Shown here in pieces: positions 19,577-37,724 of a stretch of 64,000 nt of DNA; positions within the stretch are counted from its first letter, which is position 1, and every line of letters starts with the position of its first letter. The stretch is from the human T2T-CHM13v2.0 reference genome, Homo sapiens: NCBI RefSeq assembly GCF_009914755.1, contig NC_060941.1. One strand, written 5' to 3'. The notes beneath the pieces were generated by a model. It did not search any database. It worked only from the letters and a program-made list of their open reading frames with translations, and was not told where the DNA came from. Made by a program: the position numbers and the translations under genes.

Positions 19577-21255
19577 TTTTGGTAACCACAGAGGGATTCT
19601 ACGTGGAGGTGCCCCTGACCTTTGACAAATCTCCTATTGGTGCTTGGCACCAGCTTGAGCTATCTTTATGGCTCAAACCAATAGGACAATTTGCTGAGGC
19701 CTGGAAGCACACCCTCCAGAGAATCTCTGATTTCCCAATATTTGATTGAGATCTAAAGTTTATTTTGCTGTGCAACTCTTTTTTGGAGTTTTACTTGCTT
19801 CCAACACAAGGAAGGCAAGTTTTTCCTGCTTCCATGACGATGGAAAGCAGGTAACTCCTTTATGGAGTTTCAGCTCACTTACAACAGGGAAGATGAGGTT
19901 ATTTTTTTCCTGCTTCTAGGATGGTAGAGAGCTGTCTTCAGCCTGAGACCCATCCCTAGGTAAGTAACTGAATTGGGGTTTCTCTTGGCTAAATTTAAGA
20001 TTAACCACCAGCTGGTGTGGTGAGGGGAGAAAAACAGCCAGCAGAAGAAAAAAAATGTGGAAAAATTTTGACTACTAAGGGGCTTTATTTACATAACAAG
20101 GCCACCATTTTGCTAGCCAGGCTGAACTGAAAGAGCAATGGCTGTACTTCTGAAATAGCAGCAATTGTCCTCACTGAAATATGGTAATAAGATTTAAAAA
20201 GATTTTTTTAAAGGAGCTCAATAGTTAAAAGTCACCATTAATTTAAAGCTAACATCCAAGATGTGTGTGTATCTGTGCATATGTGTGTTTATATTTCAAA
20301 GGCCTTCATATTTTTGTTTTGTTTTTCTTCTAGGACCTTGTCTCTTTTTTGAACAAAAGTTTTTTCTTCTCAGTTGACTGAATTCTTCATTTACTTCTGC
20401 TATCTCTCCTTTCTCTTGCACCCTCTGCTGTATGAGGGACCTAAAATAGCTTATAATAGCCTGGAGTTCCTTAAAGCAAACGGAGAAGGCACCAGACTCC
20501 CTTTAGGGGAGAAACCTGTTTTTCCTTATGGAATCCCAACAGTGTAAACAGACAAGTTTGTCTAAGCCCTTAAACTGCTTGCTTTTGTATGGTGTTACCT
20601 GATTTATTGACTAAAATAGTTATTGCAACAGAGGCTACTCTTGGGTTTTTAAAGAAGCATGGGGTGTAGACACTTAAAAATGTCTTTGTTACAAAAAAAA
20701 ATTTTTTAAGTCCCCTGTAAAAACATCACGTGGTTTAGCCTAATAGTAATTCTCCCTTTTTGGAGACCCAGGATTCAGTGTGGGCTCTGCCCAGAGATCC
20801 AGGTAAAAGACAGGTAAGACCTATCTAAATAAAATTGGTCTCCTTGTACAATCCTATGATACGTTTTTATAATTTTATGTTTGATCTGGCATCCATCTTT
20901 AATCTTCCTCTAGCACACCAGACTTTTTCTCTCCATACCTTATGATGTAAATTTTGCTATTTGATTTTCAAATGAGTTGTTTCCTTTAATATGCAAATTT
21001 AAGGCTACTTAACTGACAACTGCCTAGGGCTGTGAAACAGGTTATCAAGAATCTGAAAGTCTGAAATAGAAAAAAACAGGTTTTTATGAATCTATAAAAT
21101 GTGCTTCTATTTGCATGCCTAATATCTCTATGTATGTGTGTGTTGTGTACACAATGTTTCACTGCTGAAAATATATAAAAGAGCTCTAATTAATTGTCTT
21201 AAGAAAATAAAAGTGTTTGAATCAAATACTTTATCAGGAAAAAAGAAAAGACTAG

Positions 21256-21595
<340 letters not shown>

Positions 21596-21641
21596 AAGTA
21601 AAATCTTTAATAAATAAGCTAGTTTTAAAATTATTGGTAAT

Positions 21642-21945
<304 letters not shown>

Positions 21946-22534
21946 TTATTGGTAATTTAATATTAGAAATGTCTTAAGAATTGCCAGCATACATCTTTTT
22001 GTTTGCATTTATTGACCAAGCAATTTCATACTTATCCCTGCCAAATACTACAAGGTGTCAAAATTTGACATGGGGGTTACAAAACTATAAAGCCAGCCCA
22101 AAACATAATGACCTTTGCTCATGTCGTCTTTAATAAATAAGACACTGACATTGATTTAATAAAAATAGCTGCATCTTGAATTTAATAAGATTACCATACT
22201 TCTATCTTGTGGCTTTAGGTGGTCTAGTCCACAGGCAGTAAGGTGTGTTTTCGGAAAGGACTGTTATCATCTTCGTTTCAAAGTGAAACTATAAACTAAG
22301 TTACTCCCAAAGTTCAGGAATGAACAAGGACAGCTTGGAGGTTAGAAGCAAGATGGAGTCCATTAGGTCATATATTTTTCACTGTCTCAGAATTTTGCAA
22401 TGGCAAGTTTCATAACTTTAAATGATGACTATTGCAGTTTTCATAAATCTGGGTAAACAATTAAAATAGATAAATGTAATGGGATAAATACTTGCAGACA
22501 AACTTGTCATAATTTAGAATCTAAAGTTAAATTA

Positions 22535-22924
<390 letters not shown>

Positions 22925-25670
22925 TTAAAAAAGGTGAACAATTTTTATCTGATTTAAAGTTTATTTAAAGGTCATGTATAAAACAAGGTAAAAGGAACAA
23001 AGAAATAAGAGAGATGTAAAGAAAGTTATGAAAATAAAGAGGGTTTTTTGGTAATCATTTAAAAAAGCTTAAAGAGAAATAATTTCATATAAGAAAGAAT
23101 CTTGTGTGGTAAATTTAGTCCTAAAGTAAAATAACTGGTTGTTTAAGAAAGGGATGTTCAAGACAAACCAGAAAGTCCAAGCATGTCATGAATGGTCTGT
23201 ATAAATCACAATAAGAGGATTTATAAAAACAAAAAAAAGTTTATATGATCAAGTTGTCATATTATTATTAAGCTTTGGTTTGCTTAGGGAAAAAATTGAG
23301 AATAAAATTTGTTTAAATTAAGGTTATTACATCTGTGTATCTCTCTGTATGCCCTTTTAAAGTACTTGTGACATTGAGTTACAGGGCTTTGACTCCTGGG
23401 TCCAAAAAGAACACCAAGTCTTGCTAAATCTTAAATACTGGCAGCAATTAAAGCCTCATCTTCAGGCCCAATAGAAGATGCTAATCAAAACAAACTGCAT
23501 TCCTGAGACACAGGGCCAGAAATTAAAGCTATTCAACTCCTCAAGGCCCAGGGACTATTGCAGAAGAGGTGGGCATGTGAGATTGTAAGGGCTGATTTTG
23601 AGAGATAAAATAAGTTCAGTTTCTCTATAAATTAATCATTAATGTCAAAGGCACACTGATGCAAGACCAGCATATGGGCCCCTGTGTCAAATTAACAAGG
23701 TTTTCTTGAAGCATTAACCAACTCCTTATTAAAGGTTATAAAGGTTTATGGAAGTTATATCTTATGGTCAAGATAAAAATTTTATAGATTGCTTATAAAA
23801 TTTTGGAAAAAAATTTAATTGTCTTCATGCCGTTTTTATTAGGGCTTATCATTTGGAAAATTAAGTCTCCTGTCTCAAAGAATGAAGGTTTTTGCCTTTT
23901 TAAAAAATCTTTGAATTATTACTTTGGTTAAATGAATGACTTATTTTACAATGGCCTGGGATCCTATTTTGTAATATCAAGTGTTTTAAACTTTTGGTAT
24001 TTGACAAAGTTTCCAAAATTAAATGATAAATTATCTCTTTCTGACCTAAGTAACTCTTTAAGATATTAATAGGTTCCCTAAAGTCCAAAAATGACATATT
24101 TGGCTTACTTGGTATAAAAATTATACAGGAAGCATTGACAAATATGAAATGGTGTTTGGTTTTCTTTGGGCTGTATTTGTATAAATATGTTAGTCATATA
24201 TGTTCCAAAATTATGGGAAACTCCTATAATACTGATATGACTTAATGTATGTTATCAGTAATAATTGTTACATTAAAGTATTACGTGCCACAGAAGTGAC
24301 AGATTTCCTGTCAATTGTGTCTTTGACTATGGCTGCACTAAAACTTTTTGTCATCCACAGACAATTTTTGTCTTGTTTTGGTCCTCTTTAGAAGGTGGTT
24401 TTATAATCAGCTATAAAACTCTAATAGGTGCTCTTGAATGCAGGTTTCTGATAACTTTGGAGATTGTGACATCAGAATTAAGGAAAAACTTTCAGTACTC
24501 ATGGAGAGCTTAAATGTTCATGAATATCACGCAGAACAGGAATTCACTGCATAGACTAAACTAATAGAAGTCTGAAGTAATCTTTTTAACTTTTTGCTTA
24601 AAGTGTTGCTGATCCTTTGTTTCGTTTTTCAGAATGAAGAAAACTTTTCTTTTAAGCTATTTACAGCTTTTAACAATTGAGTATGCACCCATGAACAAAA
24701 TTTGGAGTCTATTTGTTTCTCTCTACCTGATTTCTACATAATTTGGAAACTGTGAGTGTTCTTAACTTATGACAATACAGTTATTTGCATAAGTGCAATA
24801 AGAATCTGTTTTAATTTGTAACAGGACACAACTGGAGAAACTAGTTATTTTACTAAGGCTTTGACTGGAATGGTGTGCTTTAAGGAATCAAACTTGACTT
24901 ATAGAGCCAGTAGGAACCCCTTGGAAAAACTGGCCTCATACCTTTGTCTACAGTTCCTGTACAGGGTTTCTGACCTGTGATAAGTAAAGAATGTCACTTT
25001 CTGACAGGCCCAGGAGCACCAAGTTTATCTTGGAACCACAAGAGGAGAGGAATCACCCAACTCATAGGTATTTGATGGTACAAATCCATGGCCACGTTCA
25101 GCTTTTAAAAAGTCTTATCTGAGATTCCTTCTATGGAACAAAGTTCCATCAAAGCCAATTTAAAAGCCTATGTAAAAAAAAATTATCCTTGCTGCACTAT
25201 ATACAAATAATTAGGCCAAGTATAATAATGCAAATCAGTCCCATAATGATCTGTCTTTAGTAAAAATGGGAAACTGGAGAGAGAAAAATTGTTTCAAAAA
25301 CTATAGTACACATGTTGCTAGATTCTAATCTTGCCTAATATTTTTCATTTTTATTATTTTTTACAGTTTGGACTGAATTCTAATTTTTCTTAGCTACAAC
25401 TCTTCAAAATAATGTTTCCATTATTTTTCCTTTTTCCCCATTTTTCATAATTTGGAGTCAATAAAAACTAAGCTGTGCTTTTGTAAAGTTGTATGGCCAG
25501 GCACAGTGGCTCTTGCCTGTAATTCCAGCACTTTGGGAGGCTGAGGCGTGTGGACCACTTGAGGTCAAGAGTTCATGACCAGCCTGGCCAATGTGGTGAA
25601 ACCCTATTTCTACTAAAAATACAAAAATTAGTCAAGCGTGGTGGTGCATGCCTGTAATCTTAGCTATTCA

Positions 25671-26059
<389 letters not shown>

Positions 26060-27257
26060 TGAGAAATAAACTCTGTAAGTATATAATGTGCTATAATTTA
26101 CTTTTTCACTTAATTCTGCACCTGTTTCTTTATGGGACATAGTGGTTGAGTACAAGTTCTGGAGAAGACAACCTGTGTTTGAATCAGGCTCTTTCATTCA
26201 CTGTATTCATAGGCAAGGAGTTTAACCTCTGTGCCTCAGTTTCCTCTTCTGTGAAAGGGAGAAAATAACAGTACCTATCTCCTAAGTTATGTAAATGAAT
26301 TAATACCTGTAAAGTGCTTGGAAAAACAGCTGGCACATAGCTACTGTCATTTCTACTCTCCAAAGCTTCCTTGTGATAATTTTCTTGTCTCCAGCTGTGG
26401 GTCTCCATCTGGGGCCACAGTGGCAGTGATGGCTTCTCCTATGCTGATGGTGGCCAGGCCAACATGATGGTAGGGATAGTCAGGGCTGGTCAGGGCATTC
26501 TGGTCCTAAACTACTAATTCCTTGCCCCTAAACCAACTGCTCTGTTGCAAAGCACTGGTATGCTCAAATGGCTCACATTACCTGCATTCCAAGACTTTGA
26601 GCTCTACAGCTCTGCTTACCCCAATGTACCCTACAAATATCATTATTTTATTTTATTTTTTCAAGACAGTCTTTGCTCTGTCATTTAGGCTGGAGTGCAG
26701 TGGTGCAATCATAGCTCACTGCAGCCTTGACCTCTTGGGCTCAAGTGATCCTCCCACTGCAGCCTCCTGAGTAGCTGAAATTATAGGCACACACCACCAA
26801 GCCCAGCTAATTTGTTTCTATTTTTCTGTAGAGATGCGGTCTCGCTATGTGCCCAGGCTGGTCTGGAATACCTGGCCTCCAGCAATCCTCCCACCTCAGT
26901 CTCCCAGTGTTGGAATTACAGGCATGAGCCACTGCACCCTGTCCAGACATTACCTTAATTGCCAATTTTTTTTTTTTGAGACCGAGTTTCGCTCTGTCAC
27001 CAGGCTGGAGTGCAGTGGCGTGATCTAATTGCCACATTTTATATGATGAAACCCTGCCAAAACCCTGTAAATGGTGTCTCTAAATCTGGTCCCTTATCAT
27101 GTGGGTTTGTGTTACTGCAAGGTTAATAAAATGATTGAGGCGAGCATCTGCAGAAGACAGGAGGCAAACACCATTCCCACTATATCCCAACTGCATTCCT
27201 CTGGGGTTTCACTGTGCTTATTTTCCTGTAATCTCTCACTAATCCATCTGTGAATGA

Positions 27258-27614
<357 letters not shown>

Positions 27615-28718
27615 TAATATAACCTCTTTGAAAGTGGGATCATTTGTTTTAAGTGGCTAGAGCAGTGGGAAGAAAGCTATGTCAATTCAACATCAGAAGA
27701 CACAACGGTTAGGAGACAATGGATGAATGTAGTCAGCAGAAATCTTCCAAGCCCTACAAGATAAAAGTATCTCTGATGAGAAATAGGTGACTGATTTCCT
27801 CCTACCCAAAGATGTAACTAGAGTTTAAATATGGCAGCTACATGAAATGTGGCACACATTGTTTGTAACAGATGAAAATAAATTTAAAAGGATGGGATGC
27901 AAGTTCTGCTGAAAATTTGGAGCAGGACCTTAGGCAAGTCACAAAATAGAAACATAAATAATAACATCTCATGCGCACTTAACGATGTACAAGGTCTTGT
28001 GCTAACTGCTTTGCATGCATCATCTCATTCCGTCCTCACCACACTACTGTTGGTGGGTACATTGATGAGGAAATTGAGGCTTAGAGGGGTTAGAACTTGC
28101 CTAAGGTGAAGTGACTAAGACCAAAGCAGAATTTGCACCTGGGTCATCACTGTGGCAGCCACATTCTAACCACTCACCATCTCTGTGATGTCATCTCCTC
28201 TTGAGTCTGTTGTCTCAGAAGTAAAGTGGAGGGTGGGGCTTCTTTATTTGGAAGGTGGCTTCTGGTTTTAACATTATAAGACCTTCCAATGGCCATAAGA
28301 TCGGGTGCCTAAATTCCAGTTGAGACTCACTGTTTAGACCACTGCATTATTTCCTCATTGAGTCCATCAGAACACGGGAGATCCCAGCAGTAGATCCTTA
28401 AGTCATTTAATTAAAAAAAAAAAAGAACACGGGAGAGACATATTCTCATGGCTATCACATTCTCATGGGTACACCTGGTTGTTTCATGCACTGGGTGTTG
28501 ATTGCACTCTTATATTTAGGCTGTGAACCTTTAGAGTGAACAACTATTTGAGGCAGGATGCAAATACCCTTTTGATTAAATTAATGTAACTTTTGCAGGC
28601 TGGGTGCGGTGGCTCATATCTGTAATCCAAGCACTTTGGGAGGCCGAAGTGAGCAGATCACTTGAGGCCAGGAGTTGCAGACCAGCCTGGCCAACATAGT
28701 GAAACCTGGTCTCTACTA

Positions 28719-28877
<159 letters not shown>

Positions 28878-29204
28878 TCAAAATATATATAACTTTTGCA
28901 AAGTGAAATGAATCCATCATAAGAATACCCCATGCTAATAACTCAGTCATTATTCTTTTTCTGAATATTAATGAGTTGAACTTTATTAATCACCCTCTTT
29001 TGAGTCTGATTAGAGGCTTAAGAGTAGATCAATACTTCTGCACATCTGCTGTGTGCCAGGGTCTAGTCTAGCATGATTTTAATTTTTCACTATAAGTCTG
29101 AGCATGGGTTAGGCCCATGCTGCAAATGAAGACACTCACCCTAGGTAACCTGGCTCAGATGTGGACCCAAATCTGACTTCAAAACCTGTTTTCTTTCCAC
29201 GATG

Positions 29205-30160
29205 TCAGTGGTTCTCCAAGTGTGGTCTATGGACTCTTGCCCTCAAGACCCTTTTAGGGATCTGCAAGGTCAAAGCTACTATGATTATGTTGTCTTTTCA
29301 CAGCATTGATGTTTGCTCTGATGGAGCAAAACCAATACGGAATGAACTGCTGCACTTCAGCATAAATCTGCTAGTGAGTGGCACCACTGGGCCACGCACT
29401 CATAGTAAGGGGCAAAGCCAACTGCCCTTAATATCCTTGATAGAGTAACAATTATTAACATTATTAAGTCTTGACCCTTAGAGACACACCTTCATAAGAA
29501 TACATAAGCACTTCTGCATTCCATAATACAATGGTTGTCTCAAGGAACAGCACTTATGCAATTATTTGAATTGTAAGCTCAACTAGCCACATTTTTCATG
29601 AAAATACCATTTTTACTTGAAATACTGACAGAAAACTTGTGGTCATTCAGACTTGGGGATTGGTATACATTTTCTTTTTTGAGACGGAGTCTCGCTCTGT
29701 TGCCCAGGCTGGAGTGCAGTGACACGATCTCCACTCACTGCAACCTCCACCTCCCGGGTTCAAGCAGTTCTCCCTACCTCAGCCTCCCAAGTAAGTGGGA
29801 TCACAGGCACGTGCCACCACGCCCAGCTAATTTTTGTATTTTTTAGTAGAGATGTGGTTTTGCCATGTTGGCCAGGCTGGTCTTCCAAAGTGCTGGAATT
29901 ACAGGCGTGAGCCACTGTGCCCGGCCCACATTTTCTTGACAATAAAGTGAGCCACTTAATTCAAGAACAAACAGTATTTGTTGCCAATGAAAAACTGAGC
30001 TTTCAAGCAAAAATTAGAATTTTGGAAAACTTGTATCTGCCATCGTGAGCTGACAACTTCCCAATACTTAAGACTTTCCTGATAAGATCACATATTTGGC
30101 AATATTAACAAATGCAATTTTAAAATATCGCTTAATTAAATGTGTCAAGATTTAGAAGAT
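29205..30160. mobile_element. hAT-Charlie DNA transposon remnant, Alu-interrupted
   Basis: Terminal CAGTGGTTCTCCAAGTGTGGTC and Charlie1-like internal text (GAATTTTGGAAAACTTGTATCTGCCA...CTTCCCAATACTTAA). Recalled similarity only. Confidence 0.55.
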
Positions 30161-31837
30161 GACAGGTTTCCAGCAAGTTCTGCTGGTGCAGTATCGTGGT
30201 GACTCCTCATGTCCTTCAGTGAGGTAGAGCCATGCCTTCCCAAAGGAGTCTGCTCACAGCCTGAGGGCAGAGTCTGGGGGCTCTTCCTTGGGTGTATATC
30301 TCAGCCCCCGGGTAGTAGCTGGTTCTTGTATCTGCTATTCCTGTATTTTGAGTTCTCTTTACTTCTTACTAGCCAGTTCCTCATCACTCCGATCCCAGTG
30401 AGAATCAGGAATTCTTTATATTAAACTCTTCCTGTTTGGATCACTATGTGGTTTCTCCCTCCTGATTAGACCTACACTGACATAGCAGGTCTTGCAAGCA
30501 AGAGCTGTGAACAGTCAAGTGGGGAGAAAAACACATCAGTGCATTCATTACAATGAAGCGAAGGGCACAAAGGAGAGGTACATGTTCCTGCCTGTCTTGG
30601 TTTGTGAACTGCAAAAGGTTGTCAAGCTGACATTGGGGGAAGAAGACTTAAGGAAAAAGTTTGCAACAGCTGCTGTTAAGTATAAAGAAGTGGAAAATTA
30701 GAACCAAATGGTATCCACGTGTTGAGTGGGCTAGTTCTTTTGCCTGTGAAAAAGAGTTTTTGTGATGTCATCCCTTCGGAACAGTTGAGGGAGCAGAAAG
30801 TGAATGACCCAACAAATCCAGACTTGGAAGTAGCTAAAAAGGAAAGTTAGCAGGTAATTAAGTTACCACCGCAGTGCCCAACAGGAGGACAGCAAAGAAG
30901 AGACCAACTGTATCAGTGATATGGTTGGAGTTGGAGAACTTAAGCACTTCAAGACAACGGAAAAATAGTGGCTGGGCGTGGTGGCTCATGCCTGTAATCC
31001 CAGCACTTTGAGAGGCCAAGGCGGGTGGATCACCCGAGGTCAGGAGTTTGAGATCAGCCAGGCCAACATGGTGAAACCCCGTCTCTACTAAAAATACAAA
31101 AATTAGCCGGGGCGTGGTGGCGGGCGCCTGCAATCCCCGCTACTGGGGAGGCTGAGGCAGGAGAATCACTTGAACCTGGGAGGCAGAGGTTGCAGTGAGC
31201 CGAGAGAGATCATGCCACTGCACTCCAGCCTGGGCGAAAGAGTGAGACTTGGTCTCAAAAAAAGAAAAGCATCGCTGGATGTAATGCACTTTTTGTTTTT
31301 CTATTCTATTGTATTTTATTTTTCAAAATGCTGGTCATGGTCCCCCTAAATTGACTTCATAATCCTTCTTGGGGACTCTATTCATAGTCTGACAAACACA
31401 ACAGAGGAAAGGAGTGACTCATAAACTGATAATAATCTGAGAAAAACACACCCTGAGGTCAAAATTTTCCTTTGGTCAATGTTCACTAGTTATCTTAATT
31501 TGTTTTCCAAACCCTGGAAGGCAACTGTGCTACACAGAACCCCAGTGCCAAGATCCCACCGTTCACATTACTCTCATCCTTTCGGGAGTAATACTTCTCA
31601 TTACAAATCAATAAATGCACATTTTGAAACACATTCATGTCATGCAAAGTAAAACTGGCCAGCATCTCCACTGGCACAGTGGCTCCCAGATCAGATGAAC
31701 TCCACTGAACCAAACTTTGCAACATCAGACTCATCAGTCAAAGCAAACCTTCTTATTACAGAAAATTGTAATCTCTCACGTTATTGTAAAATAAGACAAT
31801 AATTTGCAATACTCAACATGATAACTCGGTAGAGATG

Positions 31838-32709
31838 TTTAGTTCAATATGATTTTATTTAAAAATGTGTACAGCTGAAGGAGGGATCTGATCTTTTGTT
31901 AAATGAAACCAATTTTCACGGTATATATTTGGCCATTTTAGCTTCGTAGTGAATAATAACAGAAAAGGAAGTTTCTGTTCAAGATCCTCACTCCAGCACA
32001 CTCAGCCAGGTGCCTGGCAAGATGACACATTTCCTGGTCTGAAGCTCACAGCCAATCCTCTCACTGAAGTGAAACACCAATTCTCCAGGCATACACACAC
32101 ATACGCACATCTTATTTTCACTGCTCTACACAGGGACCTGAGAATCCTTAATTTTAAAGTTGGGAAAAACGTGAAAGGATTCCTTAACTCATTGTCTGCG
32201 ACAAATCCAACTACCTGTTAACTCTTAACAATTGCAAGTATAAAATACTTGAAATTTACAAGATGCTCCATTTAATGGAACAACTCAAATGCTAAAAAAT
32301 TAGGTCAAATAACATGCTTTAATATTTTTAAATGTTACTTAAAACTTATTGAGACAAGATACGCAGCACATTCTTGGTATTATAAACTCCTACTGACGAC
32401 TGCTACTTGATGGCCAAAAACATTTAAAGAAAGAGAAGAAACCATACTGGTATACAACAATATCTGCAGGGAATGTCATGTTTTACATTTTGTTAACTGA
32501 AATTAAACCTGACAAAAAAACCAAAGATCTACAAAACCGACACCCATGTCATTTTAAATGATGAGGTAGATTGTTTCCTATGCAGTAAAGTGAAGATAAC
32601 AAAAAAATCCATACAACTTCCAAATCCTCTTTAAAAAAAAAAAAAAGTTTGGGTTATAGTCACTTTCACAAACAAGACATTCATAAACTATAAGGTGGAG
32701 AGGTCATAC
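31838..32709 (-). other. COIL: COIL 3' UTR
   Basis: Unique AU-rich sequence between the stop codon (32710) and the AATAAA signal; cleavage site estimated about 15-20 nt past the hexamer. Confidence 0.8.
31854..31859 (-). terminator. COIL: COIL polyadenylation signal AATAAA
   Basis: TTTATT on the + strand about 850 nt downstream of the stop codon. Confidence 0.8.
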
Positions 32710-32793
32710 TCAGGCAGGTTCTGTACTTGATGTGTTACTTGGAGATTCAATAATCAGTCTTGGGTCAATCAACTCTTTCCAAAATACAGTGAT
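32710..32793 (-). CDS. COIL: Coilin exon 7 (ITVFWKELIDPRLIIESPSNTSSTEPA*)
   Basis: Acceptor TTTTTCCTCAG|ATC; 84 nt ending in TGA; completes a 1731-nt CDS. Confidence 0.97.
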   Translation of the reverse strand: MTVFWKELIDPRLIIESPSNTSSTEPA

Positions 32794-33179
32794 CTGAGGA
32801 AAAAGACAAAATACCCAGTTTAGGCACTTCATTTTGAGGTCATACCGGTTAATTCAGCCACGTAAATTTTCCGTCTGTGTAGAATGATTGAAGAACGGGA
32901 ATAATTTGGGTTCCAATAAACTGAGTTCAATTGCAGTATAGTAACTCTTTAGGCCAGGCGCTGTGGCTCACACCTGTAATCCCAGCAATTTGGAAGGCCG
33001 AGGGGGAGAAATGCTTGAGCCCAGGAGTTCAAGATCAGCCTGGGAAACCTAGTGAGACCCCATCTCTATTATTTTTTTTAATTAAAAAACAAAACAAAAA
33101 AAAAGAGGCCAGGCATGGTAGCTCACGCCTATAATCCTAGCACTCTGGGAGGCCAAGGCAGTCGGATCATCTAAAGTCA

Positions 33180-33413
<234 letters not shown>

Positions 33414-33915
33414 TTACTTAGAATGAAGCTAAATTTTACATTAAACATATTTCATCTTTCTTTGATTAAGAGCAGGAGATGCAGGGGTTGCGGGAGGGAG
33501 TAGCTCCCCCAACCCCTGCATTTGATTTGCCCTGTGGACAGGTGGCCTGGAGACCTTCTGGCAACTAGACATGGTCCAGATGGGTATCATTAGGCTGCTG
33601 ATGCCCTTTTGCGCCGCTCTGTAGTTCTTATCCTACACTACCTAAAAACAGGAACTATTTCACAGCCCACCAAGAGAAAAACTCTAAGGCTTGGTCCTAT
33701 GAATGAATAATGAGGGCCATCTAGTGTCAAAAAAGGTAATTACAGGCTTTTTGTTTTTGAGATAGGGTATCACGTCTATAGTCCAGGCTGGAATGCAGTG
33801 GCATTCAGGACTCACTGCACCTTCCACCTCCTGGGCTCAAGCGATCCTCCTGCCTCGCCCCCACCACCCCCAAAGGTGGCTGGGACTACAGGCATGTGTC
33901 ACCACTCCCGGTTAA

Positions 33916-34086
<171 letters not shown>

Positions 34087-34510
34087 TAGGGCATAGAGAG
34101 AAAAGCCTCCAAGGTTTAATTTTCCAATGCGGTTTCCAATTTCAACCAAAAAAAACTATTGCAAATAAAGAAATACAGGAGACCAGGCCAAATCTGCTGA
34201 TCCTACCACAAACACTAAAAATGTGTTTCTGGAATAAATCCCTAAAAGTGTCATCTACCTTAAAGACAAGGTAAAACACAGTCTGGCTAGGGTTTCTACA
34301 AGTTCACACTTCAGAAAAAATATGTTTGCAATATTGAAACTTACAGAATAATATCTATAACATTTCAAGTATAAACACCTTAAAAGAGAGCATTTTCTTA
34401 AATCTAACTTCCATTTAATGCCACCATAACCTAATGAGCTAGCCACTGCCAGCAACTCTGGTAGGTCTGGCTGCTTAAAAAGGTATAAATCGGCCGGGCG
34501 CGGTGGCTCA

Positions 34511-34837
<327 letters not shown>

Positions 34838-34976
34838 TTAAAGAAAGTCAGAGGATGAGATCATCATTTTATGTCACTCTTCAAACTGTTGTGCTATTAT
34901 AAGTTGGAACTCTCGGGCCAGGCATGGTGGCTCACCCAGGCACGGTGGCCTGTAATCCAACACTTTGGGAGGCCTA

Positions 34977-35204
<228 letters not shown>

Positions 35205-35673
35205 TCAAAAAAACAAAAGTTGGAACTGTGGTAACACTTGGGGGATAGTGGTGACAGCAAGGGGACATAATAGAGGCTTCTGGGAGTGGGTGTTATGTTC
35301 TATTTCCTGATCTGGGTCTGGTTACATGGGTATGTTCATGTGAAAGTTGTTCAAGCCATGTAGTTATATGCACTTCTCTGAACGTGTATGCCAATAAAGT
35401 TTCTAAATATGCTACCCTTTCCTACTGGAATCCTTATATAGCTATAATTTTAAACAACTGTACACTCTTAAAGAAAAGTTTGTTATTTGTGCATCTTGTC
35501 ACATAGGCTCTATGAGGGCCAAGATGGCGCCCTGATTTGGCACTGGTATTGCCACACCATAAGAAGGTCAGATTCCCCCCAGGGCCTGTAGTGCAATGTC
35601 ACCTTCCAAACCACAGGTAATTGGTCAAGAGAGAACGAATGGCCAAGCAACGCAAGAAGAGAAGCACACCTAC

Positions 35674-35762
35674 CTTGCTCTCCTGTGTCACAGCGTACTC
35701 CACTACCTCGGCTCCATTTTCATTGTGATAAACTAAATCAAATTTCCCAGGTTCTCTCAAGG
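35674..35762 (-). CDS. COIL: Coilin exon 6 ((A)[29 protein letters not shown]; Tudor-like domain)
   Basis: Acceptor TTTCAG|CC, donor AAG|GTAGGT; 89 nt; ends phase 0 at codon 549. Confidence 0.97.
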
Positions 35763-36149
35763 CTGAAACAAGAAGATAGGGAGGAAAGAGAGTAAGTCAT
35801 TTTTCAATAGTTAAAAATGTTCCTCTATGGGGAATTTATATCATTAAGAAAACAACCACAAACAAACTGTCAATTAATGTGAAGGCTGGGTATGTACAGG
35901 AAAGCACAGGGTGCTCAATACTGGGGGATCCTGAGAAAAACTCTGGACCAGGGGGACTTCTCAGCCATTTATCAGAGAAAATCTTTCCTTCATAAGCTTG
36001 ATGAACTGTCATTAGTACTACCAGAATTGAATATGGCACCACAAGATAATCCCCAAAATTAATTAATTTATGTGTTTCAACAAGGGAAGGTAATATGAAA
36101 TGCTGCTCTGTCCTTAGAAATCACATATGCTTCCTACTACTTGGTAACA

Positions 36150-37724
<1,575 letters not shown>

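Noticed and set aside
35510-35673. U1 snRNA pseudogene in COIL intron 6
   Set aside because: Only three short words match U1, with incompatible spacing and no TSD or A-tail; kept only as a motif-level hypothesis.
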